Numbered from the whole stretch's first letter, positions 25,234 through 39,100 are shown. The stretch is 63,101 nt of DNA, filler included, from Sphacelaria rigidula (GCA_964200075.2; 8 parts of 8 records of this genome joined end to end with filler, not necessarily neighbours in it), one strand, 5' to 3'. A program made the numbers and translations. Notes: generated by a model from the letters alone, not told the origin.

Positions 25234-28200
25234 GATATTATTTCAGTGAAGCTAAACCAAATATATTCTTGTGTTGTATACACTACTATATGCTCTACAT
25301 TAATGTAGAACCGGTGAACATCTTCAACACTCAAAAGTTCGAAAGGTCCAAACATGGACACCACACTTGTGACCGTAATGAACACCAGATATGTGAGGCG
25401 GAGAAACAGTTTCAGGAACGGGTCCGCTCCAAACAACTGACTCTCGTAGCTTGCCAAGAAGTTATTTCAAAAACTATCTCAATATGGCTGACAGTGAGAG
25501 GCGGTCAATAAATGATTAATCAATTAGTTTCAGTTCCGAAATGCCCCTCCGGATCTTACACGCATACGTTTCCTGTAGTAGCTTGCCATTGAAGCCTTTG
25601 ATATCCCCAATTACGATATCGACGTGTACCTGCAAGCATACGTCAGTGTTACAGGCGAAGAAACGCACACACGAGGTGAAAAAATTGGTCAGCTCAAAGC
25701 GAATATAAAAACTCACCCTCAGTCAATGCTAGAATCTCTCTCTCACGAAAACATTGCTCCCCGTAAGATTTCCCGCGAGATTGGTTGTTTACCTTGATGA
25801 GGCCTTGAAATGGTATACCTTGCTCATCATCAGCTGCCAGCTGTTAGTCACTCGGATTTCATCTCATTTTCCGACTCATCCTGAGTGTTTCGCAATTCGC
25901 ACGTAGAAGGTAATCGAAGTTCCCATGACCGGGACAATTTCTCCCCCAGCAAATAGCATGAGAAACTCGTCTGTTCGACGGGACAAGAAAATGTGCTACA
26001 TGATGTTGTACGCTTCAGACGCGACGATCCTTCATTCTCCTCAACTATGAACAACAACGCTTCGTCGTGCATAAACACGAGCTACCGTAGAGCGCTGCTA
26101 TAGTTTCTACTACTGTTGAAACTGTATGTCTTTTTGCCGAATCAAAGTCTATCATACACACTCATCATCAAACACCATTCCACCACCAAAAATATAACGC
26201 ACATACCGTCACGATCCGGTCAACACGCGATTCAGACTCACCTCTCGTCCAATAAAGTACATACACATCCAGCGCTGACAGTAGGAGTAAACTTCCACAC
26301 ATAAATCGATCGCCTACCCGTGCGAGACATGAAAAAATATATACTTTCAAAACAACAGCACACACACAAAAACGGTACATAATACAGGTGCACAAAAATA
26401 GGGGCGCAACTGTCTGTCCTTGTCCCCCCTTCTCTCCATGATCCCTCTCCACATCTCGTGCAAGATAGACAACAAAATCATTTGCAAAACACAACAGACA
26501 GCAGCGAGCAGCAGCGGCAACAGCTACAACCGCCGCAGCTGCAGCAGCCGCCAAATTCATCGACAAAAACAAATGCAAACTTCTACGACACAAATCCCCA
26601 ACAACCAAAACAACAGTCACAAACAGTGTCGGTTTAATAAGTTTGTTTGCTGCATCTTTGTCATGGAACATGACCATCAAATCAAGTCGCCGTGAACATT
26701 GCATCCCAAGCAAATCAACACCAAAAAGTATCAAACGATGATGGAAGGATTCCCTACTTGTACAGCGCATAGGACATACCCCTTTGCTGTCTACATTCAA
26801 GACGATTCTTCACCAGCCAACAACGACGGACACCTCTTTTCTCCCCAGCCATCTGCAGCACTTTCATTCACCTGTTAATTTCCAGCAAATGAACAAATGG
26901 TGGCGACTCCACCTATATAAAGATGTATATATTCTTGTTGCGCACTGTACACACAACAGCGGTTCGCTCGACCATCTCTTATTCCTTCGGTTATAGTAAA
27001 TTCCGTCCATGAGGGACAATGGATCAATGAATCAACCAGATCAAACCGATTCAAATGAATCGACCAGCCATCTGAACGGCATGTGCAACATTGCCCGCAT
27101 CTCCTAGGCCTCAAAAAAAAAAAAATGTAAATGATGGTATGTGTAGGATGGTCCGCCTTCACTCCCATGTCAACACATATGAACGAACAAAGATGCAGCA
27201 AAAAAAGCTACAGTACCTCGCTGCAAAGCACTTTGACCAAACGATCGGGGTTTCGACCAACCAAATCGAATCCATTCGTCATTTGTCTTTGAGTTTTACC
27301 TCAGCCTACACGAGAAAACTCGCGCATGAACCTTTTGCCACGGAGTCACGCAACAGCATGGTAGGACCACGAGTATCCTTCTGTTCCGTCGTAACACAAG
27401 GCAAGCGAGATACCACACGATCGATCTCGCAGGCGGCCTCAAGTAGCAGAGGGAGAAAAATCCTCCAAACAGGACAGCAACAGCAACAACGACGACAGCA
27501 ACACCAACGATGACGACGACAGCAACAACAAACCACAACCAACCACAACAAAAAAACAACACTGACAATCCACGAAACAAACGAGAAGGCTACCTCTTGC
27601 AAATTGCGCGGTGAATGAAACCAACCAAACAGGATCTCATGATATGACGAAGAGCATGGCCTTATGCTACACTAATGCACCACGAAAGTCACTACATCCG
27701 ACACATCCATCACGAGTATGACTCCAGGACACACCGAAACGGATCATCATGCCGATGCGCGTCAAAGTCACGATTATCTCGCACACAAAACCGTGTTCGA
27801 TGCGACATGTTATATACACACAAATATCGACGACTGCGACATGAAACACAAACACAGATTGTCCTTCCGCTTGGAGGAGTTTCGCGGAGGATCCGTCGGT
27901 CCGACACGGCTCCTCACGTACATCACTCAGTATCCAAACGCCCCCCCGTACCTTCCACCAGAGGATAGTACACAAGATCAAAAAAGGGGCAATGTGCCCT
28001 GTGCGAAACGGGTACCATGAACGGTACGGAAATGGCACTCTGTGCGGGTACGAAAAGGATGTTGAGCAGTGTATCCGTTCAGAAACGGGACTCTGCTCCC
28101 GGACAAATAAGGTACTGTGCTCAGCCAGAAGGGGTACTGTGCCCTGCCAGAAAACATTACAAAAATGTGCCCAGGCAAGACAAGAAAATAGAGGGTACGA

Positions 28201-28569
28201 GGCCTACTCAGACGACGGTACTATGGCCGAACACGAATGCGAAGGCCAAAGCATCGTAGAAACCCCACTTTCAGTGCGGTCTTCTTCAAATGCGCGGAGG
28301 GCTCCGCTCTCAGAAGCAAGGTGAGTATTGCTGCACGAAGCACCCGACACTGGTACAGCATGTCCAAGTCGCCGCACTTGACAGACGTCGCCGTGCCGCA
28401 GGTTTTTTCACCCACATGCAGCCCGATTCGGCTGATGCACCACGCCATCATGACGCAAGTTTAATGGGTACCCGCGATGGACTCCGGACAAACTATTGAC
28501 ACACAGACATACACACACACGCACGCACGCACGCACAGGGGTCCGGACAAAGCGACAACACCTCGCCGA

Positions 28570-31165
28570 CTACGGTGTTGGAGTAGCTATCGAACTTCGC
28601 TGCCTGTGTTTGTTGAGGACATTCTGAACCTCATCCGCCTTGAGAGGCTTTTGAAAGACGGCAGCCGCTCCCGACTCGAGGCACACCGTCCCTGCGTACC
28701 CCCCGGCGGTAAGCCCGGCACAGCAAAGCAAAAGGAAAAAGTTGGGGGAAGAACGGGGGCGAGGGCTCAGTCAAGGTCACCCTTTGCGCGCAGGTGAACT
28801 ACGCTTTATTTCCCGTCTACGGTGTATCTAGAGAGTCAACTGTAAATGCTATGATGAAGCAGAGTGGAGCAAAGTGAGGTCGTGTCTTAGCACATCAGGT
28901 TTCGAGAAAGTGCGGTGAAAAAACAAAAATCCTCATCTGATAGGTCGTGATTTCAACCATCTTAGAAAAAACTACGATAGTTGAAATCACGCCCCATCAT
29001 ATTGGGGCATTTGTTTTTCACCGCACAATTTCGATCGAAAAATAATGTGCCAAGGCACGCCCTGAGTACACCACAGTGAAGCAAAGCAAAGCAAAGCAAA
29101 GCAAAGCAAAGCAAAGCAAAGCAAAGCAAAGCAAAGCAAAGCAAAGCAAAGCAAAGCGAACCGAAGCAGAGCGAAGCAAAGCAGAGCGAAGCAAAGCAGA
29201 GCGAAGCAAAGCAGAGCGAAGCAAGGCACAGCAAGGGAGAATTGAGAGAGGGGACACGAAGCAGACCAGGGGAGAGCAGCGCAGAGTAAAGCCAAAGTTT
29301 TCTACGGTACGCAAGTGGCAAACGCGCAACTCGACATGAAACAAGAGGGAGTGGAAGACAAACACACACACAAACTCCTCACCTAAATTCTGGTCTTCGA
29401 GTCCTGAAAGCATGATCACCGGAATGTGCCGCAGAGCATCATCTCCCTGCGGTATCACACATTTTGTTTCCACCCCCCCACCCCGCAGCAAAAACAAAAA
29501 AGCGAGACAGTGGGTGTGGCGCATGGCATTTCATCACAACAGTGAACCAATAAAAAACTGTTTGCCTGTCTACAAAAACATTTTGTGATATCATCCTGTA
29601 CGGGGGGAACTTGGCAAAATACGTCTATGTCTTGCAGATTTGGTCGCAAGGGTAAGAGATCAGTCACCATGTTCCAGATCATAAGCATCAGGGACGCATG
29701 CGGCTGCAAAATCGGCCTGGTATGGCATCTGGTATCGTGCTTCATGGACATAAAATCACGATAAATCGAACACCATCTTCCAAATTCTCAAAGTAGAGAC
29801 ATGGCACATGAGAATGCTTCACGAATGCGTATGCTCACTAATGGGCATGTTGACGAATGTGTAAATCGACGTACCTTGATCAAAGTGAGCAGCTCCACCC
29901 CATCCATGACTGGCATCACAACATCCAACAGCACAAGAAAGAACTTTGTAGGGTCCCTGCGCAGGAGAGCGAGAGCTGCCTGCCCGTTCGCCGCGTGCTC
30001 CGTCGCATGCCTGACGCGCATGATAGGAGAGCAGACATAATCAGAGAGGGCACATACGCGACCGATAAAAACAAGGGAAAAATTAAAAGAGGTATATATA
30101 ATACGGCAGTCCAACTAGAACAATCAAGACACGAACACCGACACAAGTTAACATTTTCTGCGTTTCATTGTTTCCTCGAAACAGCAAAACCTGCCAGCCA
30201 GTTCTAATGCACTCACGCACACCAGGCCCCCGCATTCATGATGATAAAATAAAAATAAAAAAGCATCAACCGTAGTAGCACCAACCCAAACACCGATGTA
30301 CACGTCAAACGGTAACCGAATATATATATATATATATATATATATAGACGAGAAAAAACGGGCCACAAGAATTCGCGAAATATGAATTTTACTCAACCCC
30401 CGAACGCGTCTCAAAATACAACCCAACCCAACACACGACAACAATCATTACCCTAATGCCCCGAGCTTCCGCATGGCCAACTTGGACGATATCGCTGAGT
30501 CATCCACCACCAAAATAGCCCCCCGCACGGTCCCCTCCCCCGCCCCCGCCTTATTCACATTTCTCTCCACAACCATCCCGGCCTCCCGCTCCGTTGTGCG
30601 ACTCGTGTTGCCATTGCTCCTATTCGGCGATATTCGCCTCGCCGGTCTGCCCGATGCTGCTGCTGCTGCCGCTTCAGTGATTTCGTGTTCCCGCGGCGGT
30701 GACTGAGGATACGCCATGGGTCCGGTTGCAAGCAGTGGTGTTTGTTTATGCCGTTGTTCCGTCGTTTCCCGGTGATTCGGGCGGGTCGAGTCGTTTATAG
30801 CGATGTCGCCGCTAGCAGCGCATGTTGTTGGTGTTGATACTATTCTCCTGGCTGCTGCTGCTCCTGTGTTGGCGACTGCAGTGCTCGCTCCAGAAGCGCT
30901 GTGCTGCTGCTGCTGCTGCTGCCGAGGATGATGCTGATGCTCGACGTGCCGCCGTGCACCCCCCGTCGTCCCCATGATTTCCCCAGCAGCAGCAACGACA
31001 CGCTTTGCTTCGTCGGTATCATTACAAGCATGAACATCAGCATCGACGTAGCGATCACTGCCATCATCACCGCTATGGTCGGGCACCTCTCCCCTGAAGG
31101 ATAGCGGTTGCGCCTGTCGGAATGTCTCACACGGGGCTACCGACTCGCACAGCACATCCAGCATC
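28570..31165 (-). CDS. Protein with C-terminal response-regulator receiver (REC) domain, 5'-incomplete; exons ~31165-30452, 30010-29875, 29446-29383, 28691-28570
   Basis: Phases 2,0,1 are consistent. Spliced REC reads AILVVDDS...FFLVLLDVVMPVMDGVELLTLIKGDDALRHIPVIMLS...GAAAVFQKPL, with acidic pair, phospho-acceptor Asp, Ser and KP all intact; stop TAG at 28572-28570. Confidence 0.92.
29079..29225 (+). repeat. Intronic (GCAAA)n microsatellite grading into a 15-bp higher-order repeat
   Basis: About 15 GCAAA units followed by about 4 GCAGAGCGAAGCAAA units. Confidence 0.95.
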
Positions 31166-31603
31166 CTTTTTTGTTGCCAAATGGCAGGGTGGAGGAGAGG
31201 GGGGGGAGGGGGATAGGGGGGGATAGGGGGGGCATGCTCATTTTCTGCTTGTCCCGAGTCATTCAAACATTAACCACGCATCATTTTCGAGACGGGGCAC
31301 CGTTCCTACGTACGTCCACCTAAGGAACATCGGCCGGATCTCACGGGAATCAGTTTTTGTACGACAATCAACAAATAAAATAACTCGGACGGAGGGCGCA
31401 AGGGGGGGGGGGGTGTAGTCGTAATATTGTATGTTGTCGTCATACGACCGTTGATCATTGACCCCGCACCCCTAAAAAGCCAGGACGGAGCACGCCAGGG
31501 TTTNNNNNNNNNNNNNNNNNNNNNNNNNNNNNNNNNNNNNNNNNNNNTTAATTAATTAANNNNNNNNNNNNNNNNNNNNNNNNNNNNNNNNNNNNNNNNN
31601 NNN

Positions 31604-31780
31604 TCTCGAAATACCCTGGTATCGTAGGTATGACATTTCAAAATACCGGATTGGGCGGGTACGGTAGGTATTGAAATCTCGAAATACCCTGGTATCGTAG
31701 GTATGCGATATTTTACAATACGGGATTGGACCGGTATCGGTAGGGTATGAGATGTCCTAAATACCGATACCGGGTACCTA
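31604..31780. repeat. Truncated TIR-element end with ATACC/GGTAT subterminal repeats
   Basis: TCTCGAAATACCCTGGTATCGTAGGTATG occurs twice; many ATACCG/CGGTA motifs; cut by the contig start. Confidence 0.55.
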
Positions 31781-31786
31781 CCTCAC

Positions 31787-32755
31787 CTACGGTGCCTGTG
31801 CTCTATTACCAAGGAAAGGAAGCTCTCTCGGAATGAGGCGAGCCGCGTCCAAAAGGAAGCGTGAGACTGGTGATGGATAAGAAAATTGGTGGGTGAATAC
31901 CAAGGAGGTCACAAATTCACAAAAGCATTCGGCGGAGATTGTTGCCTTGGCGCCCCAGCACACGCAGCAGGGATGCGAAGAAAAGTGAAACGATACCCTC
32001 ACCACTAGCCGGTGAAAAAAGTACCTGTACAAACCTGTTTTTTGTCAAATAACTTGAGGAAGAGGCTCATGGGGGCGGGGGGGTACTTATTGAAGATAAT
32101 ATCGCCACATTGAAGAGGGAAGTTCTCCCAAGTGTCCGCAGAGGACTCGATAATCTTTTCCACACAAGTAGTTTGAAGGATGAGTATATCTTCGATGACC
32201 CGAATTCTATCTTCAAGTGTTTGAAGAGAGCAACTAACTATCAACGTTTCGTCTGCAGAGAGACGCACAGAATAGTCCTACACTGCTATCTGTTGTGCTA
32301 AAACAGCGTCCTTGACCATGTTCAAAAAGTGAAGACTAAGAAAACATTATAAAACCCTTCTCATGTCCTAAGAGCAACACGGTGTGCGATATTGCGCCCA
32401 TGCTATCGAAACATACAACACAGCGTACAGACAAACAAACGCAGCGCGCCACCCGAAACGACAATTGGAGGAGTAACACTTCCATCCACACCCGTCCCGT
32501 CGGTTTCCCCTGTATCGGGGACGAACCATAACGAAATTATCCCTGCCGAACACTTGTTTCCACGAGCAACTACACGTGTGCTTAGTACGCGTGCTGCGGA
32601 CCAAATATTTTTTCCTAGTGCAACCAAATCCAGAACGGCGACAGCACAAGACGGGAAACATACGCGGAGAAGCGTACGCGAAGCATCCATCGTTGGATAC
32701 AGATAATTACAGCTGAAGGCCACACAGTACAGCGGAAACAGCACCACTTACTCAT
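31787..32755 (-). CDS. Start of an unknown gene, 3'-incomplete; exons 32755-32752 (ATGA), 32252-32035, 31866-31787
   Basis: Donors GTAAGT, GTTTGT, GTGAGG and CAG acceptors with phases 1,0 give MNETLIVSCSLQTLEDRIRVIEDILILQ...LFDKKQSHASFWTRLASFRESFLSLVIEHRHR. Confidence 0.6.
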
Positions 32756-33105
32756 CGCGCGCACGGGATTTCCCGTTGTATACACTTTACAACTTTTTGT
32801 CACACAGCAGGTACACATGCGCAGCCGACAGGCGTGACACATCCGAATGATCGGCTGAGAAAAATACTACATACAGTACGAAGCTAGCTTTTATAATTGC
32901 TGAATAAATCAGGCTTGAACTTTCTACGCCATGCATTTCCACTATGTTTCCCGTACCATCAGTCATCGTCCTTTTACGCACACACAAGCAATCCGTCCCT
33001 CCTTTGCTCTTCCGATTCCGAGCACCAAGGCAAGACAAAAAAGAAACTCCGTGCGCCGCACCATTAAATCAAAATGTCCGCTGCGTAATACAACCGTGCT
33101 GCTCG

Positions 33106-36100
33106 TCACAAAGAGATGCCGTGTCGTTGAGCGACCTGGTGGAAATAAATAAATTGCGGAGGAAACCAAGGAATGAGCAGAGCTTCAGCAACCGCATCAA
33201 TGTATCATATGGCGAGTACAAGAAAGAACGACCAGCCTGCGCAAGTAATGCCAGCGGGGAGACGGCGGTCCCCCGGAACATTCACAGCCCGCACTGACGT
33301 CATGGACGGAGCGTCGAATTTTTGGTTTCGACAATGATGTACGACAATGAAAGGGCGACATGGTGGGCGGGTGGGCGTGGCTCACAAAAAATCACTCCCA
33401 AACCACGTACGAAACATCGTTGGTCAGTGAATGGCACACACAGCGGTAAGGCATGTATATTTGCCCTCTTTGTATTAGTTTTTCGACGGGTGTAGTCAAA
33501 TGAATTACTCACCAACCAGATTTTCCATTTCTGCACAGTCGCACGTTTCGCTTCAACACCACCACAATTCCACCTACTGACATATATATTACAAACTCAC
33601 CTCTTCGAACATGCGCGGGAACCCGAAGCGGACCTGCAGCAACGGCGCACTGCCTCCCCTCGGAACCTCCATCATCTGGGACATCTGCAGCGCGCCAGCC
33701 TCCAGTCTCTGCCTGCCCATCAGTTCTACTAACAACTCCTGGTGATCCGCGATCACGTTCCTCACTTGCTCCTGCCACTTCTGCTCCGCCTGGTTCGCCT
33801 CCTTGGTCGTGCAACGACTCAACCCTCCCGCATTCGGCAACATGGTGCCCTCCTTCCAGCGAGTCTTGAGCCTCATCTTGATGCTCTGGACCGCACGGCA
33901 GCCGCTACGCAGTTCGAGACCCGAGCACTCCACCGCCCTGTCCAACTCAACAACGTCCACCGCCGCCTGGAAACGCCGGCGCAGCAAGTCCTGCTCCCGG
34001 AAAAAACAGCGCGCCACCACCTCTCGCTCCAAGCAGTGTATTCCGTAGAGGCGGTCAGCGCCACCGCCGAAGCCCCGCTCGCCGTCGCTATCCTCCGTCC
34101 GCATGTCGATCACGGCTTCCATCGGAGGAGGAAACACGTCGGGTGGTCCATCGGCATTCTGCGGTGATCCAGCGGACGGATCACCTGCTTCAGGGACGGC
34201 TGTGGCTTTCGGCTGTTCTTTTGCCTCTGCTTCTGTTCTCGGGTCCTTTTCCTTCACGGACTTTTTCTTCGCGGCAACAGCATTGCTACTACAGGTGCCA
34301 TCCTCCTTAGCGATGATTTCTGTCGCGGTCACATCCCCGCTGTCGCCGTTTTTGGCAGCAGCATCCGTTACCTCATCGCTTTTTGAGCCACCCTTCCCAG
34401 CTCCAGAGGCGGCACCATTCGCCCTACCGCTTTCGGAGCCTGAAGTCATCGATGCCGTTGTTTTCGAGTCGCGCTCACGCAGAGCTTCGGCGTAAGCGCC
34501 GTCACCGTTAGCCGCTGGCGAGAGACGCAGATCATGACCTATTGGCGCGCGACCTCCAAGACCAAGCGGTCTAGTGCACGAAGCAGTTGCTGCGCTTCGT
34601 TCGTCCACTAGTGTTGTCGTGTCATCTTTGGCACTGACCGCCGCGGACCCTCGACTAGCCCCCGAAGACAGTCTCTCGTGTGCACGTGTTTCCAAAACTA
34701 ATTCCGCGGCGTCCGACCGAGACTCTTCCAACTCCATTCCACCCGCGCTCGCGTGGGCTGCGGCCGAGTCGACTGCTACTGCCGTCGCTTTGCTGTTCAC
34801 CATGTCCGCCTCCGCAGCAGCGCTTGGTGTGGCGGCGCCCCTCGTCTGCTGCGATGCGCTTCCCGGTGGATGTTGCGCTCCCGAAGAGTCTATATGTACA
34901 CATGCTGGGGTCTGTTTCATTACCCGTCCGTACCACGCTCGTGCTTGGTCTATCGACACCGGAATAACCTGCATATGCCACCAGCAACGCGGGTAAAAGG
35001 CGGAGAAGGGATGAGTGAACCAAGAGCAGAAACACCAGCAAAACCCATCCGAGGTCTACCGCGGTGAAGGCTGACGGAACGGTCAGCCCTTTATTTTATG
35101 TGCCGCGTCGTCGGGCAGTTGCGGACGTTCTCATCGTCACCCTACAACATCCGGGAAAATACTGTCTGCTGAATGGGACCGTGCCGCATCAAAAAGCCAT
35201 TATCAGCCAATCATTCCACTTCACAGAAACAGCGTGCTGAAAGGTGCGTCATGTGCGCCCACTCCACAAAAGCAGCCACACAGTATCCCTCTCACCTCAC
35301 GACTCCGGCGCTCCTGTCTGGTTGACAAGAACGCAGCGAGGGAAGAGGGGACAGCCGGGGGAGGCTCTATGACGCCGCTCCTCTCGGCCGCCTTCACCAC
35401 AACCCTGAGCTCAGGTTCCGATGGCTCGTGCACAGCACCCGCCAGCCACCCTGCACCAGCCATCCCCTTAGACATCACAGCCGCATCGAACAAGTTGCCA
35501 CTGCTACGTAGGGCGCGCGCAGCGAGCCTTGACTGTCGATCCCGCAACAGTAGCTGATCACCCCCACCCGCGCCGCCTGCGTTCCCCCCTCCGCTAGAGC
35601 CGGCGCCCCCCGCATCGACACTATTACCGCTACTGCCGCGACGAGGTTTCAAGGTACGGGCTGCTCCCCCTTCCTCACGGCGTCCTCTTTTTTGGGTGGT
35701 CGCGGACTGTTCCGAAGTCTGTGAAATTAACGCGTAGTTGAAAGAGAAATTTCCAGAGCGTGATCGGTATGCGGTGGGTGGGAGGCACGGTTGAGTCCGT
35801 GTGGTCGTCAGGGGTTGGGGTTCCGGGAGCATTGTCCGGAATACTGTGTGCGTATTCCACACCTGTTATTCTAGCTCTTTGAAGCGCGAAAGGTCTCACC
35901 ACGGTACCGAAACGTCCAACCAACCGACCAACTACGTGCATGCACGGGTGTGCAAGAAGCAGGAGATTAGGTCTAGAAATGCATGAGCGACGCGCCAGAG
36001 AATAGATGACGCTCGGAACACTCTACTACAATCAACCGGCTTTGCCCCTCGGTTGTACTTCTTCTCACCTTTCCCTCTTCAGCACTTTCGTCCTCGGCGC

Positions 36101-39100
36101 CTGGACCGCCGCCGTCCTCTCGCGCCCGTTTCTTCCCCAACCGCTTACTGCTGCTGCTCATGACTGCTCCCTTTCCTCCACCTCCGGCGCCGCCGCCCGA
36201 AGCGGCGCCAACGCTTCGCTTTTTTTCACCGCTTTCCTCTGCCGCGCCCCTGTTTCCCTGCAAAGCGTCGCCATCACTCGCGACCGGCGTGTCGCCACCT
36301 CTAAGCCCCACCGACGCCGCTGCAACAACGATCGGCCGATTTTTTGCCGCCACCACTGTCTCGTTGTCGTCTCCATCCTCTTCGGGGCTAACTTGCTTCG
36401 CCCTCAGGTCTCTGTCCTCTCCACTCTTGGGGATCTCGACCAGCTCCTTATCGAGATCAAGAGCGACTTTACCACGTCTCGTCGTCGCCGCCTCAGCCAG
36501 CGCTACAGCCGCCGCCGCCAGGCCCCCTAACGCGCCTCTGTCACCCTCACTATTCGTAACCGTTGTCTTCATCGAGACGTCGTCACCAATACTGGCAATG
36601 CGAACGTCATTAACACCACCCTGTTTGTTGCTGTCCTTCTTCGCAGGAGCACCTACCATGCGCCAGCCCGGCTTTCCGACACCATTTGAGCTCACATTGG
36701 GGGTCGTGAAAGCACTACCATTGACCGGAGCAGCCGTCAATGCACTGGTAGGAGTATCATGGCCAGTGCTACACGCTGGCGACATGCGGGGACGCGCCCC
36801 GACAGCGGCCTCAGCGTTCAACACACTCCTGCCGCCATCGCTGGCGCATTTTTTTCTGTTCTTCGATGCCGAATCGAACGCCGGTGACGGTGTCGCGGTG
36901 GAGAAAGTGGCAGGCGACCGGGCGCGAGGGTTGGTGCCACCGCCGCCACCCGACTTGCTGTCGACACTTCGCGCACGTTTGCGGCCACCGGAAGCAGGGG
37001 TGGAAAAAAGCAGCGGCAACGGCGATGAGGAAAGCGAGGCGGCGGTGGGGGATGGATTGGTGCATTTGTTGGGCCTGTTGTGATTCCATCCAGCTACTTC
37101 GCCATTGACAGGTCGCCGCGGGACGGGTGTCGACGGCAGCGGCTGTAGAGGCGGCGGCGTTGGTCTCGGAGACAGCGTCTTTTTTCTCTCCCGTAGACCA
37201 CCCGCCTTGACCGCTTCTCCTTGTCCAACAGATGGGTAAGCTTCTCGTCGACCTTCGCTATTATCTTCTATTCCTGGGCTTTTACTGCGGCGAAGTGTGC
37301 CTTCGGATCGGTGCTCAGAAGCCACATCCATCATGTCATACCGCACATTGCTCGCCAAACCCATGGTATCACTATCCTCATCATTCACGTCGCTCATGTT
37401 CTTGTTGTCGCCGATACTACCGTCACAGTCGCCGCCACCGTTCTCCTCTTCTTCCTCCCAGTCACCCCAGTCCGTTTGATCCTCCGACGTCAGCCTGCGC
37501 CCCTTAGGCCAAGGGCCCAGCCAAGGACGAGCCAGACTGCCTCCTCGATTCTTTTGCGAAAAAAATCCACGGGGGACGGCCGTCGGAACCGCGACCGGGA
37601 CGCGCAGCAGCCGCGGTGCACGTTCACCAGCAACGAAGCACACAATGGCATAGACACGCACACATACACAGCGTAAGTGAGCAAGGAAGTGTAGGGGCGG
37701 AGAGTTTGGGTTGCATGACTGAATGGTATCGCTAGTCTCCCGCGCCCCAAGCTCTCAACACTGCCAAAAAACGAGAGGTGCGGTGCACAAGTCCACTGCT
37801 CATGGAGAGAAGGGGATTCTCGAAACACCAAGTGAAACGGAACGAAAAGACATGAAACCCGTACTCTTGAGAAAGATCAGGATGGCGAAGGCGACGATGA
37901 CGACAACGATCATCACCACCCTACCCCACAGTCATCAAATCCAAAGCAAACCTGTGCGTCGTCTCGTTCCTGGCCACCACTGCACGGAAGCGCCATCAAC
38001 TCCAGTTCCTTCTGCGCTTCGCGATCAGTTCCCCCCCTCGTCGCACCTCGGCCGCCGTGTCCTCCCGCAATCATCAACACCGGCAAGCCCCCTCGTCCCG
38101 TCAGGCTGAGAGCTACTGCGGGTCGCGTGTCTTCATCGCCGACGCCGAGGCCCTCCAACGGCTGTAGTTTCATCGTATTCACGGCCTAATTGATTAGCGG
38201 TGCCCCCAAAAGCCGGCAGCGTCGAGTGTGCATGCAGGTACGAACGCGAAATCATCACCAAAACGAGAAGCACGAACACATTAGAGTGAATGATGACGAA
38301 CATACGTTAAGGGAGCAACGATCTCCGGTACGTTTGTAGCATCATGAACTAACTCAAAAGAGGAAAAATCCGGGTGACTGGACAACTAACTACAAACATC
38401 GTCCAAGTCGGACTTCGCGCACAAATTCCACGCCACGTCATATGTCAAGCTACTGTTGTGGTGCTTGAAAGACAAACCGAACGCTGTGGGTAGCGGCACA
38501 CGTCATTAATCCTCACATGTGTATGTCGATGGTAAAACAGCGTTCCGTCCGTGCAAACGAGAACCACGTGTCGCCCGTCCTGCGTACCCGCCACGTCCTT
38601 CAGCATTCGGCAGTGGCGCTTCCCTCTTGCAGATGGCGACGATCGTCTGTCGGGGAGGGGGGATGCGGCCGCTCCCTCTGGCAAGCCTGTTCAGCGGAGC
38701 GAAGAAAAAAGCACCGGGGAGAGAATCTCTCCGAATGAAGTTTCAAGAGAAGCCGTACAAGACTCTAGAGCATGATGCTTGCCACCCACCCATCATTGGA
38801 ACAAGAATTTCAAACGTAATTGAAAAAAAGAGATTTCAACACATTCGGCACAGCCAGCTTGCCTTCTGATGGACAACCGGTACACGTTTCCGTTCGTACC
38901 CCCCTCTTTCTTTATGCTTGTTCCCTACTCTACCTCTGCCCCACCCCCTCCCCTGCTGTAGAACAGCAGGACTGACAATAAAAAAAACAAACGGAAGTCG
39001 CCTTCGACAAACGACGGGCGGCAATCAGCCAAAAGGAAACCGCTCGGTCATGTCGAGGACGCGTGGTCAACCAGTCTGACGGTCGAACAGATGAAGCATG

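Noticed and set aside
26720..26860. Possible Harbinger transposase N-terminal remnant (RRCWLVKNRLECRQQRG)
   Set aside because: Too short and stop-ridden; no DDE core found.
28962..29369. ORFs of LCFAL / KQSKA repeats
   Set aside because: Translations of an intronic microsatellite.
28570..32755. A single 445-aa gene joining exons 32755-31787 to the REC exons (phases are compatible)
   Set aside because: The join crosses an artificial spacer between length-sorted contigs; a phase match has about a one-in-three chance.
36006..37083. Long plus-strand ORFs (307, 174 aa and others)
   Set aside because: Antisense shadows of GC-rich minus-strand exons.
38517..38620. EED/ESC (PRC2) orthologue, suggested by a resemblance to its last WD40 blade
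   Set aside because: The similarity is generic WD40-like and the protein continues for more than 1000 aa, unlike EED.
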